A stretch of DNA of 62,400 nucleotides, counting the filler, from Hausera hauseri (Eukaryota), in assembly GCA_046269625.1 (NCBI GenBank). It is 12 parts of 12 records of this genome, joined end to end, with 100 filler letters (N's around TTAATTAATTAA, not from the genome) between each part and the next. Parts side by side here need not be neighbours in the genome. Positions count along the whole stretch, not along the records: positions 9,482 to 13,932 come from JBJURY010574783.1; positions 14,033 to 20,784 come from JBJURY010069661.1; positions 20,885 to 26,897 come from JBJURY010153422.1; 9 more parts are not named here. The stretch is one strand, 5' to 3'. Within the stretch, counting starts at the first letter, position 1. Each line of letters opens with the position of its first letter. Positions 11,400 through 22,835 of this stretch are shown in pieces. Under the pieces are notes generated by a model, which saw only the letters and a list, made by a program, of their open reading frames with translations, was not told where the DNA came from and did not search any database. Both the position numbers and the translations under genes were made by a program.

Positions 11400-13932
11400 A
11401 CATTACGGCGCCACGGTAACTCTCGTTGGAAATCTGCAAGCCTCTTCCATCTATATTCACCTTTACATTCACTTTCGCATCCGTGGTGGCATGGATTCAC
11501 CACCAACTATTGATACCACGGACAAACCCACCAAACCACCGATCTCTCTCACTTACTTACCCAAACAAAGTACTTCAAACACTTCGACACAGCACACATT
11601 CCTCACTCATTCACCCTGCACAGAATATTTCCTCGATAGACAAAATTCTACCCAAACATGACTAAAACTTCATCTATTCTGGCTCTAATCACAAAACGTC
11701 GTCGACCCTTTTTCCAAAGCCAACAGCCTGTTTTTTCATTTACCTGCTTCTATCAAAACTGAAATTACAAACATCATCGACATCCTTCACTACACCGATC
11801 CATATGCTCAACTTTATAATGCCGTTCTTAAGCTCACTTAGCCGTCAATCGACTCTATCATTCAAAGGTTCTTCAATGTCAACGCCACGGGCCTTCAGAA
11901 GCCTTCTGAATTCTTGCCCACATCCTTGTCTCACCTCAATACCCTTGGCGTAACATCTGAGCATAGTCCAGATCTTCTTCATCGTTACTTCCTAAACGCA
12001 TTGCCCCTTCAAATAAGAGCTTTGCTCACTGTTGTCGAAGACTTCACGGCACTGGAAAAGTTAGCTGAACTGGCGGACAAAGTCTATGAAGTGCTGCACT
12101 CACACACAATACCAACTGTATCTGCGGCATTAACAACAAACCACCAGCAATAAAATGTAATGCTGCAGCAACAAATTGCGCAATTACGCACAGGCAATGA
12201 AATGTTGCAAAAGACAATTAATAACATAAACGAGATATTAAATGATTTAACGCTGCCTCGACGAGGTTTTTCTAGGGCTGCCTCCCCTAATGTATTTCAT
12301 CAACGACAAAGACGGTCGCCTTCGTCCGCGCGGTCGTCTATTTGCTACTGTCACAACAAATTTGGTAACAACGCGCAGAAATGCTGCATTGGTTGTAAAT
12401 TTTACTCCCCCTCTTTTAATACAAGCAACATCGTTTGCATCTATCACTCAAAATTTGGAACAAAAGCACAAAAATGCCTACCTGGCTGTAACTACAACAC
12501 GCTCAATAAAATCAACACCATTAAACCCACAAAAGTCAGTAAGCCAACCTCACCAGCTACAAAAAACTGATTTCGCCGCTAGGACACACGGCAAGGTCTA
12601 GCAAAAAGATAGTCGACACATTTCCTTTGCTGTATTCACGTTGGAAGCAGCAGTTGTCACTCCAACAAAGCAAAACATGAACTTTCTTACAGACACCGGC
12701 GCAGCAATCTTTCTACTACCACCAACACAGCACATCCAAAACAATTTCACTTCAAAAAAGCAACTTTTTGCTGCATCCAGCGAACCTTTACAAACTTTTA
12801 GCGTTACCAAATTAACTTTTACACTTTCAAATTTCCCAAACACATTCACTTGAAAATTTACAGTAGCCAATATACGCACACCTATATTGGGTTCAGACTT
12901 TCTGTCCCACTATAATTTACTTGTAGACTGCAAATGATGTTCCTTAAAGAGCGGAAATAATTTTAATCAAATTAGCAGCATTTCGGTGACCACCTGAGCG
13001 ATCGCTTCCAACAAGTCAATACTAAAAAACGACTTCCGATTTAAATTATTTTTATAATCATTTATTATATAGAAATTTTTATTACGGCAACAAATACGAT
13101 ATTATCAACTGCGTGGCACCTATTACTGATAGTACAGCAGCCAACACCATTTTCAACACAAACATACTGCACCTAAAGCCACCTAGTCACAACACCTTGT
13201 CTACAACTCATACCTTAATTGCATCCATTCACGATGCATTGACACCATCTGAAAACTTCTCATCGTTGACCTCTGACTGACAGCAATATATTTCGTCTTC
13301 CTGCACGTGTCTGTTACAAAGGACAAATCATTAGTACCACATCAATGCACCTTCCATCACATAGTAACATCACATCAAAGACCAATACGTCAAAAGGTCC
13401 GCCCACTATCGCCTCGCCGCAGACAGGCAGTGGAGGCAGAGTTTCTCGAACTGGAATAATCAGGAATAATCAGAAGATCCAAATCCCCGTGGCCTTTATC
13501 ACTGCATGTGGTTCCAAAAAGATGGTACCTTTCGCCCATGCGGTGATTACCTCCAACTCAACATCATAACAACAATGGATGCCTACCCTCTACCATTAAT
13601 CAATGATATCCTTCACAAGCTCCATGGTTCGACCATCTTTGCCTGCATTGATTTACACAAAGCATACCAACAAATTCCGGTGGCCCCAGCAGACATTTCG
13701 AAAACGGCTGTCATTACACCTTTCAGTCTTTTCGAATACCTTTTCATGCCTTCTGGACTCCATAGCGCTTCCCAGACCTTCGAAATGAGTATCGATACAG
13801 TCCTCTCAGATTTAGGCTTTGTAAATCCCTATATCGATGGTATCCTAATTGCATCATCTTTGTCGAAACAGCACTCCGAGCACTTACGTTTAATCATCCA
13901 GCGCTTGCACCAAAACAACTTGCAAATTAATT
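11400..13932 (+). mobile_element. Gypsy/Ty3 LTR retrotransposon (CsRN1/Kabuki-like), gag-PR-RT, decayed, truncated by contig end
   Basis: Gag QKPSEFL..LHRYFLNALPLQIRALL..LAELADKVYE; two C-x-H-x-KFG-x-A-x-KC knuckles; protease FLTDTGAA and PILGSDFLSHYNLLVD; RT KDGTFRPCGDY..DAYPLP..IDLHKAYQQIPV..YIDGILI. 5' boundary approximate. Confidence 0.9.
12561..12602 (+). promoter_or_regulatory. -1 programmed ribosomal frameshift signal (A AAA AAC plus stem/pseudoknot) at gag end
   Basis: Slippery heptamer in the gag frame directly before TGA, 7-nt spacer, then GCCG/CGGC and GCTAG/CTAGC pairings conserved in the second copy at 61148-61189. Confidence 0.7.
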
Positions 13933-14032
13933 NNNNNNNNNNNNNNNNNNNNNNNNNNNNNNNNNNNNNNNNNNNNTTAATTAATTAANNNNNNNNNNNN
14001 NNNNNNNNNNNNNNNNNNNNNNNNNNNNNNNN
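13933..14032. other. artificial contig linker
   Basis: N44-TTAATTAATTAA-N44. Confidence 0.98.
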
Positions 14033-15141
14033 ATAAATTGTAGTAAATACAGTAGCAACATATAGCAATTCTATAATATGCTATATGTTGTTATTTCATT
14101 ATTAATTTCAAATAATAATCATTAATATTGTCAGCTTCCAAAGGTAAAACAACACGTGTAGGGAGCGGTATATTGTCGATTGATATAACAAAAGAATCAT
14201 TTGGAGTGTCAAAGTTGCCCATCAGATGGTATATTCTCAAGGTCCTATTTCATTACCACAATCGTGCTAACATGACATTAACGGATAGTATCAAATAAAC
14301 AACAAAGAAATTGCTTGACGTATGGGAAAGGTCAAGAATTCCAACAAAAACAGTTAATCGCCTGCGTGAACATATAAGACTACAAAAAGAATGGAAGGGG
14401 CCAAGGAAAAACATCAACAGAAAGTCTGAGAGGGATGTTGCAAATCAAGGAGTGTTTAAAACAAGCTTGTATGGCCTTTTTGATGTTGTGCATCAAGATG
14501 CCATGAAGATCATTACGATTGAAGATTGTCACTTTCTTGAATCAGAGAGAAAGGACTCCGGGAAACACAGAAACGTGTGCTGAAGAGAAAAGCTTCTGCT
14601 TCAAAGTATGAAAAACGAATGAAATCACAATGTGCAACAACTGTCAGTTCTTTCATTGAGGAGCTTTAACAGTCTTCCAGTGAACCAAGCGATGAATATA
14701 ATTCTGATTTTGAAATTCCACCTTGTTCCAGGGGTACAGTGCCATCAAATTCCAGCAAGTCCGTATCTGGCAAACTGTCCATGGTTAGTATGCATGTTGC
14801 TGCTGCGTTAGACAGAACGATCACAAGTGATCATAGAACTGTCTACATTCTGACTGAAGTGACTTCTACCAACAATAGTGATGGTGTCGTTGCTAATCTG
14901 GCTAAAGTTACAGTTCTGTGTGTCGAGCAAGTATTAAAAGTCGTCAGTTACTAATCAAAGAGATCTTAGATGCATTTTCTCCAAATGTTCTATTGACATT
15001 ATATTGGTACGGTAAGATCATGGAAGGCATATCTGTGTCATCTTCCTGTAAAAAAGTGGAACGTCTGCCGATACTAGTGTCTCGTCTTGATGTTGTAAAA
15101 TTGCTTGCAGTATGAAAGCTTCCCAATGGAACAGCAGTTTG

Positions 15142-16247
15142 TGTTCGATTGGTAAAATAAATAGTTCGTCACGAAGAAATAAATGAACGAAATAAAATTA
15201 GTTAAGTTTTACCCAAAGAGGAATCTTTTCCTTATAGATTGCTCTGCCGTATCGAACTATTGAAATTGCTAACTTCTGATGAACCTCGGGTAATCTGCTA
15301 ATCGCTTTCTTAAAATCACTATACGAATAGAAATAAAAATATGAAATCTGTTTCTAGGAAGAAGAAGTGTTTTGATTTCAAATATCCTTTTAATTTGTCA
15401 CCAGAAAAATTTGAAATCCAGAATATCAATATTGAAAATCCCGATTCAATATAAAATTTGTATTTCACAAAAAATACGAAGAGGAAACAAAATAAAATGA
15501 GCTAAATAAACAAAGCAAAAATACAATAATAAAATTACTGTATGTCAAAATCATGATTTGATCCTTCAATGAATTCTGATTTCAGATGTCTCAAATAAAA
15601 TCTAAGGTTTACAAACTTTTGGGACTACCAGAAGTTCAGAATGAAATTTAGTTTTCTGTAGTGACCTAACCTCTAAAGAATAATGGTCACATAAGTTGAA
15701 CTTTCATTTTTGACTGACCTTCAAATTGCATAATACTAAGTTTGACGCAGGTTTTTATACCTACCCTAAACATCTGGAGGTATTTTCTGGTTACTTTTTT
15801 GGTAACCAAAGGTTTGTGAGTGTTATTTTACCGGGCCTGACCATAGAAAAAGAATAATTTTCAGGGGGCCTGTTTGATGGCCTGTCAAAAAGTTACTGTT
15901 TTTGGTAACTTCTTGACCAAAACGTTGTTGGTGACTCAAGTACCTTGTCATTTTAAGTACCTTGTTTGGTACTTTTGGTAGCTTTAAATAAGGTTAGGTA
16001 AACTTAATTAGTATTTTTAAAAATCTTTTCTATAAGCAAAATATTAATAAAATCATGAAAAAACAAATTATTTAACTAGTGTACATTTATTAGACCTTTG
16101 GTGGTCTATTGAGATTCTGGCTTTTAGAATGCGTGGCTGAGTTCACGGTTTTTAGATCTGCTTTTCTTAAAAATCAATAATTTGTGTAAAAATGAACTAT
16201 TTGGATAAAATAATTTACAAAGTAAATTTTGATTAACAATCCTAACA
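15142..16247. mobile_element. ~1.1-kb non-coding insertion, possible solo LTR
   Basis: Interrupts the Sola2 reading frame. Ends TGTTCGATTG ... CAATCCTAACA (TG..CA, imperfect inverted ends). No clear TSD. Confidence 0.45.
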
Positions 16248-17289
16248 TCTCAATATATGCAATACTCATCACGGTTGATCACTGGAAAATGCGTGATCGA
16301 ATCAAAGGTCTATGTTTTGACACTACTGTTTCAAACACAGGATCAAAAAGTAGCGCATGCGATTTGCTAGAAGTAGAGTTTGGTCGTTATCTTCACTTGT
16401 CATACCGTCATCACATATCTGAAATTGTTCTGCAACATTTCTTCAGTCTATCTGACATCAGCAAATCTGACAACATCGAATTTTTTGGTCATTTTCGGGT
16501 TTACTGGCCCATTTTTATCAAGGCTAATTTCAGGATTGGTCTGGATAATTTAACCACATCAGATGTTATCTCTCTATGGAGAGACGATGTAATCTAGTTT
16601 GTAGTAAGCCACCTTAAGATACTGCAGCCAAGAGACTACTACTGCGAACTTTTGGAACTGAGAATTATTATTCTTGGTGGAAAAACTCCACGCGGAATTT
16701 GCTTTCGAAAACCTGGAGCCATTCATATGGCACGGTGGATGTCCAGAGCTATCTGCAGTATAAAAATGTGGCTCATTCAAATTCAGTATCCTTCAAAGAA
16801 GTCAGCGTGTAAAACTCAGGGAGTTGCACACCTCCACAATGAAATGTGGGATCAATTAAAGAAAAGTAGTCTATTTGTAACTGTAACTATTAAAATATTT
16901 TCATTAAAAAACAAAAATACATTTATCGTAATACCATTTTTTGTACATCTACAATCAGCTTATAAATCAAATTTTCATTAATTTTAGCTATTAATTTTGA
17001 TTTGTAAAACTTGTTAGGTTTGTTCAATATAAAAAGATTGAATTTAAAAGCATCTTTTTTTAACTTTTGAGTTAAAATAATACTTTGATTTATTAATATT
17101 TTTAATTTAAACTCACAGGATTCATCAGTTTCATTTGATAATTTTTTATAAAGCACTATGTTCGACAATTTTTTTCAATTATTTGTCTGATAAAGACATG
17201 AAAAGAAAATACATTCACTTTAATTTTTACAACAAACATGACCATTAGTTTCGGGGTGTCCCTTCCCGGGAAGCTTCACCCATTTTTAA

Positions 17290-18340
17290 ACATTTGCTTT
17301 AACTTATGCATACCTATTTTTACAAACATACAGTTCTCATCAACAGTCGAAACAACTACAGAACAAAATTGGTAATTAGATGCACTTCGTAAAGTCATAA
17401 TATCAAAAACACAAATCAAATGTACCGTAAATTGTCCCTCTCCGTTTCCTTTCAGTGCGCCGTTCACCGACAATTCCAAAAAGATCTAACATTTTCAACG
17501 TTATCAATTTTGTATCACATAATTCGAAACGTCGTCCCAAGTCATAAACGTTGCGATCAACACAACCAACGCATTCAACCCAATCACGTAAAACTAAATA
17601 TTCCTCATTCCAACAAATGGAAGCATAATTTATCATTTTTATTTGATATAGGTTGTAGGATTTTGACTTTGTCATGTTTGATTCCGTTTTTCAAATACAA
17701 TTAAATTCGATCCATAAAATAATCAAGAATTTCGTCGACAATCAAATTGTTTCTTACAGCTTCACCTAAATTTGGCCTTCCGTACGAACCTTCGCTTAAC
17801 TGAACATCACGTGTAATCATATTTACGTTTAAATGAATAACGGAAATTTTTGTGAAATTTCAGGAATCGAAGAAATATTCGATATCTGCTTTTAGAAATT
17901 CTCGAATGCGTAATAAACCGTTTCGGGGAGCAAATTCATCACAGAAGGAATTTATAATAATATAGGCTATTACAAATGATAATTTACCTTGCTCCTCTTC
18001 CAATAATGAATTAAGTTTAGGAAAGTTTATTTGTGTAGCTTATGGTTGTAAGTAACGTTTCGTTTTACCCATGAGCTTTCAACGTAATATCAAATAACTT
18101 AACATCGGGCAACGGATTGTCATTTGTAGATAATATTTGAAATGTAATCATGTCACCTTCTTTTTTATTATCAGGACAATCATCAGTTATTAATTTCTCC
18201 AGATTCATCTCTACTAAATGATGTACTCGAAAAAGTCCCTGATTTCTGTTTTTAACCACAAATTTGTTGAATCGTTCAACACGATCATATTTCTGGATAA
18301 CTACTTCTGACAATTAAAAATATGTATTTCTGTAAATCAA
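17290..18340 (-). pseudogene. GARS1: glycyl-tRNA synthetase (eukaryotic class IIa) fragment, intronless, disrupted
   Basis: VERFNKFVVK..FRVHHLV, YLQP*ATQ..QGKLSF..NSFCDEFAPRNGLLRIREFLKADIEYF (motif 2), LGEAVRNNLI, WVECVGCVDRNVYDL. Matches GARS YLRPETAQ..SFRNEISPRSGLIRVREF..WIEIVGCADRSCYDL. Confidence 0.9.
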
Positions 18341-19649
18341 TTTCTCAATTTTTATTCTTTTCGGATATCAATGGCAATTAGTAAAACATTTTAAGTGGCA
18401 CTTGTTCATTTTATTTTGCCGTTAGTTTCAACTGTCGATGAGAGCTGTATCATTACATACTTCTTTAATCATACATGATTTCTCCCTTATTTAGTCATAT
18501 ACTTATTTTCACAGTTTCATTTCTTTTGTATACATAATTTCAGTTTTACATTTATTCACTCATACAACAATCCCAACCTCACACAACATAATAAACATTA
18601 AAAACGACAATGTACAATATATATAAATTCAATACGCACACATACATGCTCATCCACAATTTGGTATTTACCGGATTACCCAACTAATCCGTCGGACCTC
18701 AACAGTCTCAACAGTTGTATATGTTAAGTACTGTTTTATTTGTACATCGGCTGCAGTAGCACCAAGAAACGACCTTGAGCTGTTGAAGTCACTGACCAAC
18801 TATCCTGAAAGAGGTGTTGCAAATGCGGCCATTATAGCATTTAAGTGTCATCTGTGATACTGTTCTGAAATACTTCTGGGGTTATCTCTGACGAACAAAT
18901 TTCAGCTGATGAGGTGATGTGGTGATGACTCAGGAACAATCAAGTTTCTCAGAATCCTCAAAAGAATTACACCGGTTAACAATCTGTCATCAAAACGTCT
19001 GCATGACTTTGTTACAATAACTGCCAATTTTCACGATTCTGAACCTGCCCTGCCAATTCATGGATCTTGAATCAGCCAACTGGAGCCACCAGGATGATTA
19101 TCAGCAAAGCGCAGAGATTGTTAATTCGCTGAACGTAGTAAATGATCTAGCCGAACGGGGTGTTAATCCAGAGTTAAATTCGTCGATAACACGCGATGAA
19201 GAACAGAAACAGTTTCTCTTGCAAATGGCCGAACACCACTTGTAGCATTACAACATACCATCAGACTGGAGTTATGGAACACAGTGAAGTAGATTACAAT
19301 GATGCTACAGTGATTCAAGTTACTATAAATCAGACTAACTGCATTAGTGTTGTATTTGATGTATAGAACATTTGAACACTGACATTGTACTGCTCTAATG
19401 TCATATTATCTCATATTAGCTCAATGTAAAACTTTGTCTTGAGCAAATTCTAAATATTGAATAAAAATCTGAAAACAATCCTGTGAATTCTTGTGAAGTG
19501 GTATCATAAAATTTTGGGTTGGAGAAATTAATTTTCACATTCGTTTTTATGAATCACCCTAGTGGTACATACAAATTTGTCATTGAATGTAAGTAGTAGG
19601 ATGTGAGGACATGAGGCCAACTCCAATCAGAGAGCAGAATTCGGTAAAC

Positions 19650-19766
19650 TCCCTCAGGGAAGAAAGGAATTTTTGGCCTCATCGGGGTTTTACTATTCCC
19701 CTCCTCAGAGAACAAGGGACTTTTTGGCCTCATTGGGTTTCATTATTCCAGCCCCCAGAACAAAGA
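19650..19766 (+). repeat. ~50-bp tandem repeat (2+ units)
   Basis: TTTTTGGCCTCATyGGGTTTyAyTATTCC..AGAACAArG repeated at ~19669 and ~19720; the same motif occurs inverted at 20885-21000. Confidence 0.7.
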
Positions 19767-19864
19767 CATCCACGTGGCCCCTTCGGGATAAACTTGGCCC
19801 CCTCGGAATAAAAATGGACTCCTTTAAGGGTACTCTTATGTCCCAATTTCTGCTATAAATACCC

Positions 19865-20128
19865 ATGTTAAAATGTCTTATGAAAAAAATGTCTCAGGCG
19901 ACTGCTTCAGAAAACTTCAAATTGCGTATGCTATTGTATTCTTCTCTGATACATTTGAAACAAGAAATTTATCAAGAATTGAATGAAGTGACCAATTTGT
20001 TTTCAACGACGAATGATATTGCACATGTTGCACCAGAGGTGCTGTTGGAGATTATACGAACTAGACTAATTCAGGTTATTCCGTTGATTGCGCCAGCTAT
20101 GCTTGATACATGTGTCAACTTGTGCTAG
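19865..20128 (+). CDS. hypothetical helical protein (orphan, possibly an element accessory gene; may be a pseudogene)
   Basis: 87-aa ORF with TATAAATA at 19855; the frame stays plausible past the stop to ~20232; no family recognised. Confidence 0.3.
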   Translation: MLKCLMKKMSQATASENFKLRMLLYSSLIHLKQEIYQELNEVTNLFSTTNDIAHVAPEVLLEIIRTRLIQVIPLIAPAMLDTCVNLC

Positions 20129-20784
20129 CAATCCGCCCCTGAAATTTCATCTGAGGATTGTATGGAAATAAGTCATTGAGTTCTCACTTTTGATGATTTC
20201 TTTCTGAGATTTTTCTCTGACAATGACTTTTAACAATAAGAATTTCTAGTTAATTAAAATGTGGTGATAAATAGGAGGCAGTGGGACTTATCACAAAAAC
20301 AAAAATTCATGAATACTCGTTGAACAAAATTAGTCAAGGAGATTGAGTTCTCAAACAAATTCGTATAGTCTGTTATTACATTGCTGTCGACTCGTCTTTT
20401 TAAAAGCCCATGTAATTGATGACTTAAAAGCTTACATTCTCTCTAAGGCTTCCCTCTAACAATGATTTTTTTCATGAATTTTTGCAAAATCATAAAATCT
20501 ATTGTGGTAGAAAGTGGGAGGTGGTGAAACTTAAGTGGTGGGACGGTGATTAGTGGGAATTATCACAAATAATTTAATATTTTAGAAAACTCGTTCAGAA
20601 ATATTTTACGTCATGCAAAGACAAAAAATATATTAAATCACACTAACCAGCTGGAGCTTCTAAAATGTTTCCATACACTTCCAATACTGCAATTACTTCA
20701 CCCCTGTATTGCAAATTGATGTGTTGACTTCGACTGCATTTGAACACTACTTATTGTTCCAAGTGATTGAAATAAGCATAATGT

Positions 20785-20884
20785 NNNNNNNNNNNNNNNN
20801 NNNNNNNNNNNNNNNNNNNNNNNNNNNNTTAATTAATTAANNNNNNNNNNNNNNNNNNNNNNNNNNNNNNNNNNNNNNNNNNNN
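20785..20884. other. artificial contig linker
   Basis: N44-TTAATTAATTAA-N44. Confidence 0.98.
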
Positions 20885-21000
20885 GAAATTCTTTGTTCTA
20901 AGGGTGGGAATAGTGAAACCACAGCATAATGAGGTATAAAATGCTTTGTTCTCAGAGGATGTAATAGTGAAACCATAATTAGATAAGAAAATGTTTTGTT
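20885..21000 (-). repeat. ~50-53-bp tandem repeat, same family as 19650-19766
   Basis: CTTTGTTCT..AATAGTGAAACCA recurring at 20891 and 20944, with a partial unit at 20994. Confidence 0.7.
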
Positions 21001-21709
21001 TACTGACAAAATGTAAACAAGCCAACCAATCACATTACACGAAAATTAAAATATAAAAAAAAGGTTTTGTCGCGAAATTCAAATTTTTACACAAGCTGAA
21101 AACCATGCAAGACGCGTGCCTGTGTGTATCCATTTTGCGACTGTGTTTCCCATCTCCACCATATTAAGCGTGTATGTGTGTATCGTTTTTCCTACCCCAT
21201 GACGTATCCGCGAACCACATCAATTTTCCTCCGCGGAAAGGGGGGAATTTGACCCCTTGTTCTCACTTCTATATACTTTAACCATCATAACATTCAATAC
21301 TTGTATAACAAATTTTCATAAGGGATCCTGATTAACGGTAAAGCCCTTTTCCTTGCCAGTGGTTGAGTAGAAGAGTATCATGTTCCTTAACATTGACATA
21401 CGAATATCAGTAAAATTCCAACTTTGGTAAAATGTGAAAATTTAGACTAATAAAGTAGGTAGAAGTGTCCTCTCTTAACCACTTCCACAAAAGTGCTCAA
21501 ATCGACCTGAAAACCAGTTTCCCCCACCTATTTCACAATTCTGAGCATTTTATGTCCTATGGTCGAAGAGCCCCCCCAGGGACGGAAGAAGGTCGGACAA
21601 TGGACTTTGGACCGAGACCAATTGGTCGAGCCGGACAAGGCGAATGAAAGTCAACAGCGGCGCTAAGCCGGCAAATGTAACCCGGCGGCACAGGAGGAGG
21701 AAGAAGAAA

Positions 21710-21955
21710 AACGGGTAACGTGCAACTGGCAACGCAACACATGTTGATGGTATACCGAAATTTTATACAGAGGTAAAATTGATGTTGGCAAGTCGAATGG
21801 ACATGGTTTCGTCGTTGTCAGACCAAGGGAACATTCAGAAAACTGGTTGGGAAAATTTCCGATGGGTAAATTTCCCCCTGTTCAAGTCTGCCGGTGATGG
21901 AAATAAGTTTCATACATTGCCCATAAGTTTGGGAAAATTTCACATCATAACCGCC
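21710..21955 (-). pseudogene. possible third penton/minor-capsid-like C-terminal remnant
   Basis: Manual translation YDVKFSQTYGQCMKLISITGRLEQGKFTHRKFSQPVF*MFPW..TMSIRLANINFTSV*NFGIPSTCVALPVAR resembles the penton C-terminal pattern (LL..I..F..P.Y..I.I.L....F....L). Confidence 0.4.
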
Positions 21956-22402
21956 TCACTATCAGACCAACGGATGCGGGTGAAAAATGCAACCGAAAAA
22001 CGAAACAAAACGCATTGTTAAAAAGAAGTCAAAATCATCATCGTCATTATCGCTGTAAATGCGTTCGTTTTGTAGAAAAATCGTGAATTTTATTTTGTAC
22101 GACGACTACGACGACAACGCTTAAAACAGAACGGCGGTTTACGATTGCACAAATTACCACGAGCTCATAATTGAGTACTACTACTACTCACAAGGAGAAT
22201 GATTGTGATAAAAAGTAAAATGGTGGTGGTGACACCTGAGACCGTCTGCCTACAAACTAATGAGTACCACCACCAAATGTGTAACATAGATATTGAAATG
22301 ATATAACAACAGCAACAGCAATACAACAAGTTGTATATTTCAAAATCACAAAAACAGACCATCTGTCCATTCAAAAAAATGCGGAATACGTTTAGTCAAT
22401 GT

Positions 22403-22777
22403 TCACAATAATGTTTGTAATGTAAGCCACAATAGGCAGTAATGTCCACACAATACGATAAGTGAATGTTGATAATGAAGTCGATTATATTCAACACGAT
22501 GATATGATTGTCTTACACTTTGAGAAACTAACTATGACGGGTAATAAAACCCGAGCGGATCAAATACCTTGACTACGGTCGGATGTACGTACAGCGCAAT
22601 CCAATGTTCGCTCGGTAACGATGAACTGTGTGTATTTGATGACGAAACCCCAACCAACATTTCGTGGTAAGTCAAGCGGCACACGGTCCAGTGGAAACAC
22701 ACCGCGGAATTTCACACCCAAGAGCAGCTTTCCGTAGTGACTGAGTTGAGTTGAGCTAAACGTAAAACGTGATTCAT
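22403..22777 (-). pseudogene. adenovirus-like (adenain, peptidase C5-type) maturation cysteine protease
   Basis: KFRGVFPLDRVP..GFVI(N)THSSSLPSEHWIALY..VFDPLG..YQH..LCGHYCL. His, Asp, Gln and Cys catalytic positions are all visible; frameshifts and a stop. Confidence 0.9.
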
Positions 22778-22835
22778 AGTAGTAATAATGGTAATAAATT
22801 ACTTCATTGTACAAAGAGGGAGAAGAAGATTTTAT

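Larger units (their letters stand above)
14130..19559 (+). mobile_element. Sola2-like DNA transposon, transposase split into three pieces (~14130-15140, 16248-16884, 18710-19260) by two insertions
   Basis: VWERSRIPT..LFDVVHQDA, AAALDRTITSDH, LYWYGKIM..ERLPILVS..KLPNGTA | GLCFDTTVSNTG..ACDLLE..YRHHISEIVL, KPGAIHMARWMSRAI | APRNDL, LNVVNDLAERGV..TRDEEQKQFLLQ. Candidate 3' terminus ..GAATCACCC at 19559. Superfamily assignment is from recalled motifs. Confidence 0.8.

Noticed and set aside
19650-21000. The inverted ~50-bp repeats as TIRs of one 1.3-kb element, or as a CRISPR array
   Set aside because: The copies are on different contigs; units are degenerate tandem repeats without unique spacers, no cas genes, eukaryotic context
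22165-22374. Hydrophobic Cys-run ORF after the protease
   Set aside because: Largely driven by (CAA/CAG) and (CTA) simple repeats; a small viral membrane protein cannot be excluded but is unsupported
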